The position numbers were made by a program, and so were the translations under genes. Shown here one piece after another: positions 17,201 to 25,019 of a stretch of DNA of 64,000 bases. The DNA is from a virus. The notes beneath the pieces were generated by a model. That model was not told where the DNA came from, did not search any database, and worked only from the letters and a program-made list of their open reading frames with translations. The stretch covers positions 1 through 64,000 of the IMG/VR virus record IMGVR_UViG_3300047550_001767; one strand, written 5' to 3'. Within the stretch, counting starts at the first letter, position 1; every line of letters starts with the position of its first letter.

Positions 17201-19370
17201 AGTCAAAATCACTGTCATCAATGTCATCAGGCATAATCCATGCTGACTTATCTTGCGCAAGTGTTGCTATAACGTCATGTACGTATTTGTATTCAGTCGC
17301 TCCTTCTACCACATATTCAAGGGTAGGCATATTCTCAGCATCATAAAACTGATTGCCGAATCTATAGATATAAGGAGCATCTGTATCATCTGGATGCCAA
17401 CTATAATCAAAACTGTCAATTTTGTAATTATTAAAAATTGTAAACTTGTTCTTATTAGGCAACTTTGTTGCTTTTTGAACATCAATGTATTTTACTGGAC
17501 TATTATCATTTGCACCTACTGCATAATAACTTGGACCTCCGGTCTTTTGCCATTGCGTACCAAACTTATATACGTAGGGTTGATCTTCAATACTAGGATG
17601 CCAACTAAAATCAAAATTTTCAACATATACATCATTAGGAACTTTCCAACGTTCTAAATTCGGTACTGCTACAGCACTGATGTTTACATATTGAACTTCT
17701 GTTGCATTAGCAACCGTATATATAGGTCCACCTGATTTACCCCATTGTGTACCAAATTGATAGACATATGCCGGAGCAGTATTATCAGGATGCCAACTAA
17801 AATCAAAACTTGATTCATCAATATTATTTGGAATTTGCCAATTATTTTTATTAGGCAGTGTTTTAGCACGTTGTATGTCCATGTACTTTATTTCTGTTGC
17901 ACCTTCAACTACATACTTAGGACCGCCGTTATTCTGCCATTGTGTACCAAACTCATATACATAAGCAGGATCGTTGGGATTAGGTACCCAACTAAAATCA
18001 AAATCTGTAGTATCAATATGATCCGGTATGACCCAGTTATCCATTGATACGTCAAGTATGGCTACTACATCATGCACATACTTAATTTCTGTTGCCCCTT
18101 CTACTACATAACGTATAGTAGGCATATCTTCAGCACGATAAAAATTATTACCAAATACGTATATGTATGGTTGTTCTGTATTATCAGGATGCCAACTATA
18201 GTCAAATGATTTTACTTTAATATTTCCTATAATTTCAAATTTGTCAGGCTGTTGTTTAGTTTTTGCTTTTTGTAAATCAATATATTTTATTTCTGTTGCA
18301 CCGTCAATAATATATTTAGGCCCACCATTCTTTTGATGCTCAGTTGCAAACTCATAGATGTAGGGTGGGTCGTTAGGATTAGGGACCCATCTAAAATCAA
18401 ATGTTGAATCTTCTACGTTATCAGGTATGATCCAGTTTTCTTTGCTAGGTGCTAAAGTTCCCCAACAATCCTGTACATATTTCTTTTCAGTGGCTCCCGG
18501 TACGTGATACTCAACAGTTGGCATAGTAACAGCACTATAATACTGATTGCCGAACACATAGATATAGGGAGGTGATGTATTATCTGGATGCCAAGTATAA
18601 TCAAAATGCTCTAAGTTAATTCCTGGTAAAATTTGCCATCCGCTATCATTTTTTCTAGGTAATGCCCTAGCCCTTATACCGTCTACACATTTAATGTCTG
18701 TTGCACCCTCACAAACATATCTGGGTCCGCCGTTGCGTTGCCACTGTGTACCAAAATCATAAATCATTTCTGGTTCTCTAGGATCAGGTCTCCAAGAGAA
18801 ATCAAAAGTTGATAGGTCTATATAATCAGGTATTTGCCAACGTTCCCAGTCGGGTAATAATTCTACTACCGTTGACATATACTTTACTTCTTCTGCGCCA
18901 GGAACGATGTATTCCATGACATGTCCTAATTCTACAGGAAAATATCTGTTTCCCCAACGGTAAATGTAGGGAGGATCATTTGGATCAGGATGCCAACCGA
19001 AATCAAATTTTGATTCATCAACTTTATCAATCAAAACAAATTCTTTTGTTTTAATATTTTTTCTTTTTAATCTAGTAACATCTGACCTATAAATTTTAAC
19101 ATCACTATCGTTATTACAAACTAACCATGTGCCACTATCTTTTTGATATATGCTAGGCCATATATTAATATGATTTTCTGCCCAAACTTCATCATCTGAT
19201 AAAAATTCAAAGTCAAAGTCCCAATCAAATCCGGAGTAATCACAAAATTCGTTAATTATCCAAAAGTGTTCAGTTGTGGCTTGTTGCCTAGCATCATCTA
19301 GGTCTTGTGCAGGTCTTTCACGTGGATGAACGTTTGGCTTAGCGCCGTAATAAAAAACATCTCTCAGCAT
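11241..19370 (-). CDS. 2,709-aa tandem-repeat protein with degenerate glycosyltransferase-like terminal domains
   Basis: About 29 copies of FD(F/Y)SW(H/V)P...PYIY.FG...; the C-terminal domain is homologous to the 40698..41654 product (RVDGV.G...H.AA, N..NGL.YG, WR.(A/G)FRE..K). Confidence 0.85.
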   Translation of the reverse strand: MLRDVFYYGAKPNVHPRERPAQDLDDARQQATTEHFWIINEFCDYSGFDWDFDFEFLSDDEVWAENHINIWPSIYQKDSGTWLVCNNDSDVKIYRSDVTRLKRKNIKTKEFVLIDKVDESKFDFGWHPDPNDPPYIYRWGNRYFPVELGHVMEYIVPGAEEVKYMSTVVELLPDWERWQIPDYIDLSTFDFSWRPDPREPEMIYDFGTQWQRNGGPRYVCEGATDIKCVDGIRARALPRKNDSGWQILPGINLEHFDYTWHPDNTSPPYIYVFGNQYYSAVTMPTVEYHVPGATEKKYVQDCWGTLAPSKENWIIPDNVEDSTFDFRWVPNPNDPPYIYEFATEHQKNGGPKYIIDGATEIKYIDLQKAKTKQQPDKFEIIGNIKVKSFDYSWHPDNTEQPYIYVFGNNFYRAEDMPTIRYVVEGATEIKYVHDVVAILDVSMDNWVIPDHIDTTDFDFSWVPNPNDPAYVYEFGTQWQNNGGPKYVVEGATEIKYMDIQRAKTLPNKNNWQIPNNIDESSFDFSWHPDNTAPAYVYQFGTQWGKSGGPIYTVANATEVQYVNISAVAVPNLERWKVPNDVYVENFDFSWHPSIEDQPYVYKFGTQWQKTGGPSYYAVGANDNSPVKYIDVQKATKLPNKNKFTIFNNYKIDSFDYSWHPDDTDAPYIYRFGNQFYDAENMPTLEYVVEGATEYKYVHDVIATLAQDKSAWIMPDDIDDSDFDYSWKPKPSEPPYIYVAGTQHQKTGGPRYVVDGATQIKYLEKTVKKLPNKLKFAELTEYEIEDFDYSWHPDDTDPPYIYQFGNTLYDAEIMPTLEYTVEGAMYVKYINNVKAKLTSDKSRWIIPESIDDSTFDYSWVPNPKDPPYIYVTGTQHQKTGGPKFVVEGATEFKYLKQKVIKLEDKSKFEIITDAPISDFDYSWHPDDSDPPYIYQFGNNFHEAEMMPTVQYVVEGAMYVKYINDIKATLAPNKPRWLVPENIDDSMFDYSWVPNPKDPPYIYVTGTQHQKTGGPKYVVEGADEIKYLNKKVRKLEDKSKFEIIDAPVLQFDYSWHPDDSDPPYVYKFGNNFYEAEIMPTVQYVVEGAMHTKYIDSVKAILAPNKPRWIVPENIDDSMFDYSWVPNPTSPPYIYIAGTQHQKTGGPQYVVEGATHAQYIEQKVQALPNKSKFEIIDDYNIESFDFSWHPDDTDPPYIYLFGNQYHDAEIMPTVKYVVEGAIYEKYISHIKATLGQDRRNWSIPKNLDVTKFNFSWKPSPKEPPYVYRFGTQWQKTGGPTYTVTGATEIKYVDWQKATYLPNSKDPRWVIPEYIDSTGFDFSWHPDSTEVPYIYEFGTQWQDNGGIRFEVPGAKQINYVGGDNKAKALPRGDNWIIPDGLDIDSFDFSWHPDNTAPPYVYQFGTQHQKTGGPRYVAPGVDPSTTFVNYVSQLRAIKLPTKKNWIIPDNITNFDYSWHPDDTDPPMIYQFGTQWQKTGGPKYVVDGAVDIKYVDKVKATRLPSKDNWTVPENIKDFDYSWHPDDTEPPYIYEFATQWNNRGGPVYTVPDAVFNKYIEDVTATLKPSKNNWEIPNDVDTSNFDFSWVPHPQAPPYIYQFGTQWQKTGGPRYVVPGATEVTYVTDVKGAIKLPNRNNYSIPENIGDFDYSWHPDDTDPPYIYQFGTQWQKTGGPRYVVEGGIEIKYIDAVKAVRLPSMDNWTIPDNIKDFDYSWHPDDTEPPYIYEFATVWNSRGGPVYTVPEAVFNKYVEDVKATTKVDKSNWQIPEGLDTSNFDFSWVPHPQSPPYIYQFGTQWQKTGGPKYVVPEASEIKYVTDIKGAIKLPSNKNWVIPNDIADFDFSWHPDDTDPPMIYQFGTQWQKTGGPSYVVAGAVNVKYDTTLKAKKLPNKDNWTIPENIKDFDFSWHPDDTDPPYIYEFATVWDVMVGIQRNGPIYTVDGANFKKFIDAIRATTKPSMNNWIIPDGVDVSDFDFSWLPDSTYEPKIYQFGTSENENDGPRYVAPGNKGEIVKLPRVYVSNTQEPIVEMIEVKENNTTEVTRLEIKYVPVYTITVTLDDLVLEHPEETFWAVRENIDYTNFDFSWRPTVDQSRYVQVFGSPDYDVTQTYFVSAPLYRQGFTDLNYVEPNTNVDEEYLAKLFKPNDMFFVDKGNIEAKDRFEKLKIKFPNIQKTRFLNSWVDTINRCINRSNTELCWILNSELDYSNFNFNYYPNQYQTRMVHVFGTQWSHWGTTFLVNRETFAIDTKYIKIIEHLSNLNFVKDRRAVATNNLYDIVLIDHDNKDTDKVKDLLTLKSNGKTVSVIKYNNTYLETLQTIVKNQPTKKDHYLWICSSICDYGQFDFSYICDPFARDNLHVFYSETQKFGDTFLIDVNLTREIINSLEDLRKYPKVTYNSSVKAKRISAPVVRVDNDTHVGSLNVDFSFPYMIFATEDFASYVDEPISLWDKESKNLVITSTGCSRIIVPKEAKDIVKNELYDYPYIKTANRLSKSKPLDIVFLSNGELCADENYEHLLAVTKGISNRIVRVDGVDGRVQGYHAALEASQTPWAFTVFAKLKVNNKFDWGWQPDRLQIPKHYIFNAKNPVNGLVYGHQALIAYNKKLTLANTGKGLDFTLDDPHESVDILSGVATFNTDPYSTWRTAFREVIKLKSDYSDIASDRLSTWLTVGEGEFSEYSIQGALDAVEYYDQVMGDIEELKKSYEWTWLKEYYRKKYK
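13370..19040 (-). repeat. Coding tandem repeat array, ~29 units of ~63-68 codons with higher-order periodicity
   Basis: Recurring plus-strand strings such as ggatgccaactataatcaaa and cctgtcttttgccattg. Units counted by eye from the translation. Confidence 0.9.
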
Positions 19371-19379
19371 AATGTTTAC

Positions 19380-20861
19380 TTATGATACGACTTTTAGTTT
19401 GTATAATTTTTCAAAACGGTCAGCATCTGATCTATCATTGACCATGGGTTCACCGCGTATATTGAGTGATGTATTGAGCAGCATAGGACAGCCTGTTTTA
19501 GCATACCATGCTTCTAATAATTGTCGTATCCCAGATCCATCTTTTGGAACTGTCTGAACACGACTAGTGCCGTCGTGATGAACAATAGCAGGATAAAGGT
19601 CAGGATGCTTGCAAGTAGCGATGACTTGCATATACCTACTATCACGCCAACCACGAGGCATAGAAAAATACTCATTAACATACTCTTCCAGAATGACCGG
19701 TGCAAAGGGTCTAAATTTTTGTCTACGTTTGATTTCATTTACTTTATCTTTTATTTCTGGGCCTCTTGGGTCTGCTAATAAACTACGATTGCCAAGCGCC
19801 CTAGGGCCAAATTCTGCTTTACCGCTGGCAACACCTACCATCTTTTTCTTAATTAATTGTTTAATTACTTCTTTAACTGGATATGGACCTTTGATATCAG
19901 TACCTAAAAATGCATTAGTCCAATTAACTTTTTTGCCATAACCTAATGCTGCTGCACCAAGACTATTGCCAGCATCACCCGGGTTAGGCATAATCCATAT
20001 ATCATGCCAATACTTACCTAACAATCTATTAGCAAGACAGTTCAATGCCACACCACCACCATATACAAGATTAGTGCTACGACCTATGCGTTTGGCTCGC
20101 ATCATAACTTTTTCAATTAGTGTTTCACAAAGAACCTGTGCGCTTGCTGCGATGTCCATATCGTCTGCTTTATCTAAAAAATTATTAGACCCAAGTCCTA
20201 TATGTAAATTTTGTTTAAAATCTAAATTTTCTAAATTTTCAAGTAATTGACTTGCCATACGTGTAGCATGGCTAGGCTTTCCATATGCTGCCATACCCAT
20301 AAGGATATATTCTTCATCCATAGGACGTAAACCTACACGCTGTGTCATGGCACTATAGAACATACCTATGCTGTTAGGATATTTCTTGCTCCATAGTTTC
20401 TTATATTGTGCATAGCCGTTGTCATCATACCATGCGTCCCATATAGTAATACAGTCCATTTCACCTATAGCGTCTATGACTACCACTGTAGCATCTTCAA
20501 AGGGACTTGTTTGAAATCCTGCGGCTGCGTGTGTCTTGTGATGCACATGAGTTTTGATTGTCATATCATCAAACATTTCTACAAGGTCAGCACCTATAAT
20601 CTGTTTGACGCTTAATGGTCCAATCTTCTGTCCTGCACGAAATTGACGTATGGCCTTCAACCAAGGTTTTTCATAGTAATGAATTTGATATGTGTCATTT
20701 ACATACGACAACGCTTCTTTAATTATACCCTGACACAAATTTGCATCATGCTTCTGTTTACTGTAACGCTCACTATGGCCTGCAAATAGGATATTACCCG
20801 AGTCTGAAATAACAGTTATTCCTGCATCGTGAAATCCGCAACTTATTCCTATATGTGTCAT
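19380..20861 (-). CDS. O-carbamoyltransferase (NodU/CmcH/TobZ family)
   Basis: GFHDAG, HHKTHAA, IDAIGE, MGMAAYG, GGVALNC, PGDAG, EFGPRALGNRSLLADP, FRPFAP, LLNTSLN. Confidence 0.93.
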   Translation of the reverse strand: MTHIGISCGFHDAGITVISDSGNILFAGHSERYSKQKHDANLCQGIIKEALSYVNDTYQIHYYEKPWLKAIRQFRAGQKIGPLSVKQIIGADLVEMFDDMTIKTHVHHKTHAAAGFQTSPFEDATVVVIDAIGEMDCITIWDAWYDDNGYAQYKKLWSKKYPNSIGMFYSAMTQRVGLRPMDEEYILMGMAAYGKPSHATRMASQLLENLENLDFKQNLHIGLGSNNFLDKADDMDIAASAQVLCETLIEKVMMRAKRIGRSTNLVYGGGVALNCLANRLLGKYWHDIWIMPNPGDAGNSLGAAALGYGKKVNWTNAFLGTDIKGPYPVKEVIKQLIKKKMVGVASGKAEFGPRALGNRSLLADPRGPEIKDKVNEIKRRQKFRPFAPVILEEYVNEYFSMPRGWRDSRYMQVIATCKHPDLYPAIVHHDGTSRVQTVPKDGSGIRQLLEAWYAKTGCPMLLNTSLNIRGEPMVNDRSDADRFEKLYKLKVVS

Positions 20862-21703
20862 ATGCTTGACTCTTTATTTCTGTTTATACCATTAATTATC
20901 TTAATTATCTCTTTGGCTACAAAATCATGCACAGGTTGGCCAAAATGACCTCCCGGACAATGGATATTTTCATTGCCTAAACTGTAGGCAATTTTTAACA
21001 TGTCTACAGCAAAGGTTAAATTAGCATACTCTTTTAATATAATTAAGTCTTTATAATCAGTAAAATCTCGTTCCCAATATGCTAAATCTTGATGATTGTG
21101 TCTACATGCAATCCAGTTTATGGCTATGGCATTTACTTTACAAAACCCATTTAAAAAAATTACATTTTTATAAAAATTTATTAGGTTATGATAGTTTGTT
21201 TCATAAGTTATTTTATACTTAATGATTGAATCAAGAATTTCAGCGGTTGCGCTACGTTCTAAAATATTTAATAAATTATAACATTTCCAATATTCATTAT
21301 CTGTGGTATTATGTATTCCTAACTCAAATCTGTGTGGATTAGTTATACCTATAAATGCCTGTATAGGTATGTTTGGATTATTCTTTTTAATCTCAATTAA
21401 GTCAGTTACAGATGTGCGCACTATGCGATCCATACTGGAGCCACCTAGTCCTTTATTATAGGTTATAAACTTAGTTGCTTTAGCGACCTTTCCCGCAAAA
21501 CACCGTTCACGTTCGATTTTTGCCAGCTCTAAAACTCTTTTTTCTCTTTCACCTTGAACTTTTCCATACCATTTCCAATGAGCACCTTTAATATTAACAG
21601 TGAATGGATGAACAAAAGGTTTTAGTCCAGGATAATCTGGAAGAAGATCATCGGCTAATTCTGAGCCTGCAACAAAACTATCGCCATTAAAATACAGTAT
21701 CAT
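20858..21703 (-). CDS. SGNH/GDSL-like hydrolase or acyltransferase
   Basis: N-terminal FNGDSF, NKGLGGSS, C-terminal GHFGQPVH. Confidence 0.6.
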   Translation of the reverse strand: MILYFNGDSFVAGSELADDLLPDYPGLKPFVHPFTVNIKGAHWKWYGKVQGEREKRVLELAKIERERCFAGKVAKATKFITYNKGLGGSSMDRIVRTSVTDLIEIKKNNPNIPIQAFIGITNPHRFELGIHNTTDNEYWKCYNLLNILERSATAEILDSIIKYKITYETNYHNLINFYKNVIFLNGFCKVNAIAINWIACRHNHQDLAYWERDFTDYKDLIILKEYANLTFAVDMLKIAYSLGNENIHCPGGHFGQPVHDFVAKEIIKIINGINRNKESSI

Positions 21704-21712
21704 GCATAGAAC

Positions 21713-21814
21713 TTATTTGTAAATGAAAGGATCTCTCTTACGTAATTCTTTCAATCTTTTACGATATTGAATTTCACGCATTACTTTTTTCCATAAATTT
21801 TTAAAAAATTTCAT
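21713..21814 (-). CDS. 33-aa basic peptide (absent from the ORF track)
   Basis: MKFFKNLWKKVMREIQYRKRLKELRKRDPFIYK*; GAGGTG RBS and ATAAATA (21836-21830) upstream. Confidence 0.7.
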   Translation of the reverse strand: MKFFKNLWKKVMREIQYRKRLKELRKRDPFIYK

Positions 21815-21835
21815 ATAACACCTCTTGCTTATTTA

Positions 21836-23458
21836 TTAAGGACGTATTTTTGTTTTTAACAGTTTTTGATTGTAGGACAATATCGGCATCATACGCTCAT
21901 ATAATTCATTACATTGCGTAATTGTCATAGAATCAATTTCAGTAATTAAATCAAAAATTTTAACTAGACGTTTTTCATGGTTCTCTATATTGTCGTAACT
22001 TTCATCCCAAAATTCATTAAAAGTTTGAAATCCTTGTGACTTTAAATATTTTAAAGTATGGGGCGGACCTACTACAATAAATGGTTTGTAATAAGAAATT
22101 GCCTGATGTATTTTTTCACTATAAGTTGCCATGGGTTGAGCAAATCGTGTCTCGCAAATTATTTCGCAAAATATATTTTTATAATGTTCTTCTATGGCAA
22201 ATAAGTCAATTTTATGTATAACTCTATGTTGAGGGAAAGGATTTTTGAAATAATTGTGTTCAATTTGAGAACTTTCTGTAAAAGTAAAATCTAATAAAAA
22301 AGGACTTTTTTCATTAATAGTGTCTACACCTTTTTTAATACTATCTCTATACCTATCCCATATCGGTTTGTTTAAATTAAAGTATGGACCATAACTCATA
22401 TGTTCATACTCGCATTTAAAGTTCCAACTAATTTTACTATCTAAGTTACATAAAAATGAAACTACAAGATTTCTGTGAAATGTATATCTATAATTCAAAC
22501 TTAAAAATTTTATTGTATGTTTATAATCAAGATAATTTGGATCTATAATTTTTTTAAACCATCCACCCTTTAAACAAATATCATCAGTAATTAATTTTAA
22601 CTTGTCTTTATAATATGGAAAATATTTTTCTACATCATATTCATTAACATGGACTCTTACATCTATTGCCTTATTATTAGCAACAAATTTTAAAATACTG
22701 TCTAATTCATCACTACGCAAATTATCATAATTTACTTTATTAAATTCACTATAAAACCATTCTGTATGTTTGGTTCCCCCTTCTTGATAAATTTCTTGAT
22801 TTACTTGATATGCACACATAGGTTCGTACAAGTAAATATCTAATCCTTTTTCATTAATATCATTAAGTGATGCCTGACTATAAATTAAACTTTCTAATTG
22901 ATGTATATTTTCGTTTCCTAAATATATCATGCAGGGATTACCATAATTATGATGTATACTTTCTTTTAGTCGTTTAATTAAATGATTGTCTATAATCCAA
23001 GGTCTGTCATGTATGTTATATTCATATAATTTATTATTTTGATGATAAAGACTATTCAAAGGTTTAAGTTTTACATGCATTTTAAGTGTGTACTTAATGT
23101 CTAAACTATCTCCTATATTACTCTCCGCGTAGGGTAAATCAGACCTAAAAATGTAATAATCACCCGCATTCCAATTTATAATTCCTTCTTTATCAATTTC
23201 AATATAGTGGCCGGGTTTCCAATCTTGCAACATGACTAAAATTGTAACATCGTGTATGTTTTCTGATTTAGCCGGTACAATTTCTACTGCACTTAGTTTT
23301 TCTATTTTAAAATCATAATGTTCTATGTTGATAAAAATTTCTTTAAATTTTTCAACAAATTCTATATCATTCTTTTGTAATTGTTCAATAGTCCAAAAAG
23401 GAGTAAGGTGTCCGAAAACATAATTTAAATACCCTTGATTTAAATCAATACGAATCAT
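21836..23458 (-). CDS. Fusion of a degenerate oxygenase/cupin-like domain and a glycosyltransferase-like domain
   Basis: N-terminal LQDWKPGHY...WNAGD...SNIG; C-terminal ICETR...SEK...KPF...GFQTF..FWDESYD. Start at MIRID (TAATG overlap). Confidence 0.55.
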   Translation of the reverse strand: MIRIDLNQGYLNYVFGHLTPFWTIEQLQKNDIEFVEKFKEIFINIEHYDFKIEKLSAVEIVPAKSENIHDVTILVMLQDWKPGHYIEIDKEGIINWNAGDYYIFRSDLPYAESNIGDSLDIKYTLKMHVKLKPLNSLYHQNNKLYEYNIHDRPWIIDNHLIKRLKESIHHNYGNPCMIYLGNENIHQLESLIYSQASLNDINEKGLDIYLYEPMCAYQVNQEIYQEGGTKHTEWFYSEFNKVNYDNLRSDELDSILKFVANNKAIDVRVHVNEYDVEKYFPYYKDKLKLITDDICLKGGWFKKIIDPNYLDYKHTIKFLSLNYRYTFHRNLVVSFLCNLDSKISWNFKCEYEHMSYGPYFNLNKPIWDRYRDSIKKGVDTINEKSPFLLDFTFTESSQIEHNYFKNPFPQHRVIHKIDLFAIEEHYKNIFCEIICETRFAQPMATYSEKIHQAISYYKPFIVVGPPHTLKYLKSQGFQTFNEFWDESYDNIENHEKRLVKIFDLITEIDSMTITQCNELYERMMPILSYNQKLLKTKIRP

Positions 23459-24429
23459 TATTGTCTGTGTATGTCTAAGGTTACACAGTGAAAGCAACCA
23501 CCTAATGTTCTAGCATGTCTTAGCGGTAGTAATGCTGATTCTATGTTATGTTTCTCTAATAATCTTGCTAACTCAACCTGATGTTCTTCTATTACAACTA
23601 AATTTGGATTAATAGATAGCAAATTAACATTTACCCAGGGGCTTGAATTACAATAGCCAGGATAATAACCTATGTCATAGGGTTCAGGAGCATATATAAT
23701 CTCCCAAGATTGTAAAGGTTTAGGTAGCATATCAACTGACTTAATACGTTTAGGATTGCACAATATAAGACCCTCACGTAATAAGGCTATAGTGCTATCC
23801 AAATGCATATAACTATAAACCTTTTCTATAGTATGTACTTTTTTATTAGGAAACAACTGTCGTAAATATTCAGCGCCTTTTTTATTGCCGCTGTTGCTAA
23901 CAAGATAATATAAATCATCATTTGCTCTTACAATATTAGCAGCATCAAAGCATGGTTCAGTTTCATGCAGTGCCAAAATATCAGGATCTCCTAAACAATT
24001 AATATTGTATAATTCTGCTCTGTTGGGTTCAGGTGCTTCTATTACTTTAAAATCTTTAAAATGCTCCGACATGGCTTTGTATTCGCCAACTCTAGCAGTA
24101 AGCGCATTAGGTGTAGCTACTGCCACATCGTCCACAATTAATACTGTGTCTCTAGGGCAATAATTATAGTATTTAGGTTTGATGTTTTTATCCGGACGCA
24201 AAACTTCAACATGTTCTTTTCTCAAAAAATCACAGAAAATTTCTAAATCTTCATTAGATTCATCTATGACTTGTTGCGGATAAAGTCCATATGGTATTTC
24301 GTAACTATGAATTTTATCTGCGTAATTGACTAATTTTAAACTTATATCCGGAATAGGAATAGCAGCATCATCCGCTATACCAACAATTACTTTTTTCAGT
24401 GGATCCCATTCATTGCTGCTAAAGTTCAT
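23458..24429 (-). CDS. Amidinotransferase (StrB1/glycine amidinotransferase family)
   Basis: NEWDPLKKVIVG, YCPRD, DAANI, MHLDST, GGCFHCVTLD (Asp-His-Cys catalytic set). Confidence 0.9.
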   Translation of the reverse strand: MNFSSNEWDPLKKVIVGIADDAAIPIPDISLKLVNYADKIHSYEIPYGLYPQQVIDESNEDLEIFCDFLRKEHVEVLRPDKNIKPKYYNYCPRDTVLIVDDVAVATPNALTARVGEYKAMSEHFKDFKVIEAPEPNRAELYNINCLGDPDILALHETEPCFDAANIVRANDDLYYLVSNSGNKKGAEYLRQLFPNKKVHTIEKVYSYMHLDSTIALLREGLILCNPKRIKSVDMLPKPLQSWEIIYAPEPYDIGYYPGYCNSSPWVNVNLLSINPNLVVIEEHQVELARLLEKHNIESALLPLRHARTLGGCFHCVTLDIHRQ

Positions 24430-25019
24430 TATTCACCCTTAAAAACTTTCATTTTACTTATATCAGGATATTCTTGATATGTCCAATGTTTAGGCGGTAC
24501 ATCTTTAATTATAGGAAATTTTTTGATACCTAACTCTGCTGTTTCTGGCGGCATATAATAATGATATCCGATCGTATCAATATCTTGTACTCGCCATGGC
24601 TTACTTAAATCACGACCATCATAACGCATTTTGCTTAATTTATTATATTGTTCTTCATTGTCTAGTAGTATAACACCGCCTCGTATTAGATTTAAGTGTT
24701 TTTGAAACTGAAAACTAATACACATTAGTGTACCCGGTATGTATCCGTTCTCTTTCCAATACACTGCTGCGTCAACAATATTAGTGTTGTTTAAATAATA
24801 ATAATTTTCCCATAGTTCATCAGTCCAAACATAGGGTATTCCTAATTTTGTAAATGTCATAGGTATGCTTGGATACGTATGGCGAGGACAGCCTGTAGTT
24901 TGAGGTTTTATAAGTCTTAAACATAATTCTACCGCATGTGTACAACAATCTGTTGCTACTGCATATGGCGCATTAAAATATCCTGCAATTAATTTTTCAA
25001 AATCATGAACCGGCTTCAT
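24429..25019 (-). CDS. Short DegT/DnrJ/EryC1/StrS-family PLP aminotransferase
   Basis: AVATDCCTHA, VDAAV, SFQFQKHL..RGG, GYHYYM; only 196 aa. Confidence 0.8.
   Translation of the reverse strand: MKPVHDFEKLIAGYFNAPYAVATDCCTHAVELCLRLIKPQTTGCPRHTYPSIPMTFTKLGIPYVWTDELWENYYYLNNTNIVDAAVYWKENGYIPGTLMCISFQFQKHLNLIRGGVILLDNEEQYNKLSKMRYDGRDLSKPWRVQDIDTIGYHYYMPPETAELGIKKFPIIKDVPPKHWTYQEYPDISKMKVFKGE

Noticed and set aside
13370-19040. Possible CRISPR array or DGR template/variable repeats
   Set aside because: The repeats are in-frame, ~200-nt coding units with synonymous variation. There are no constant repeat-spacer units and no cas or reverse transcriptase gene in the window.
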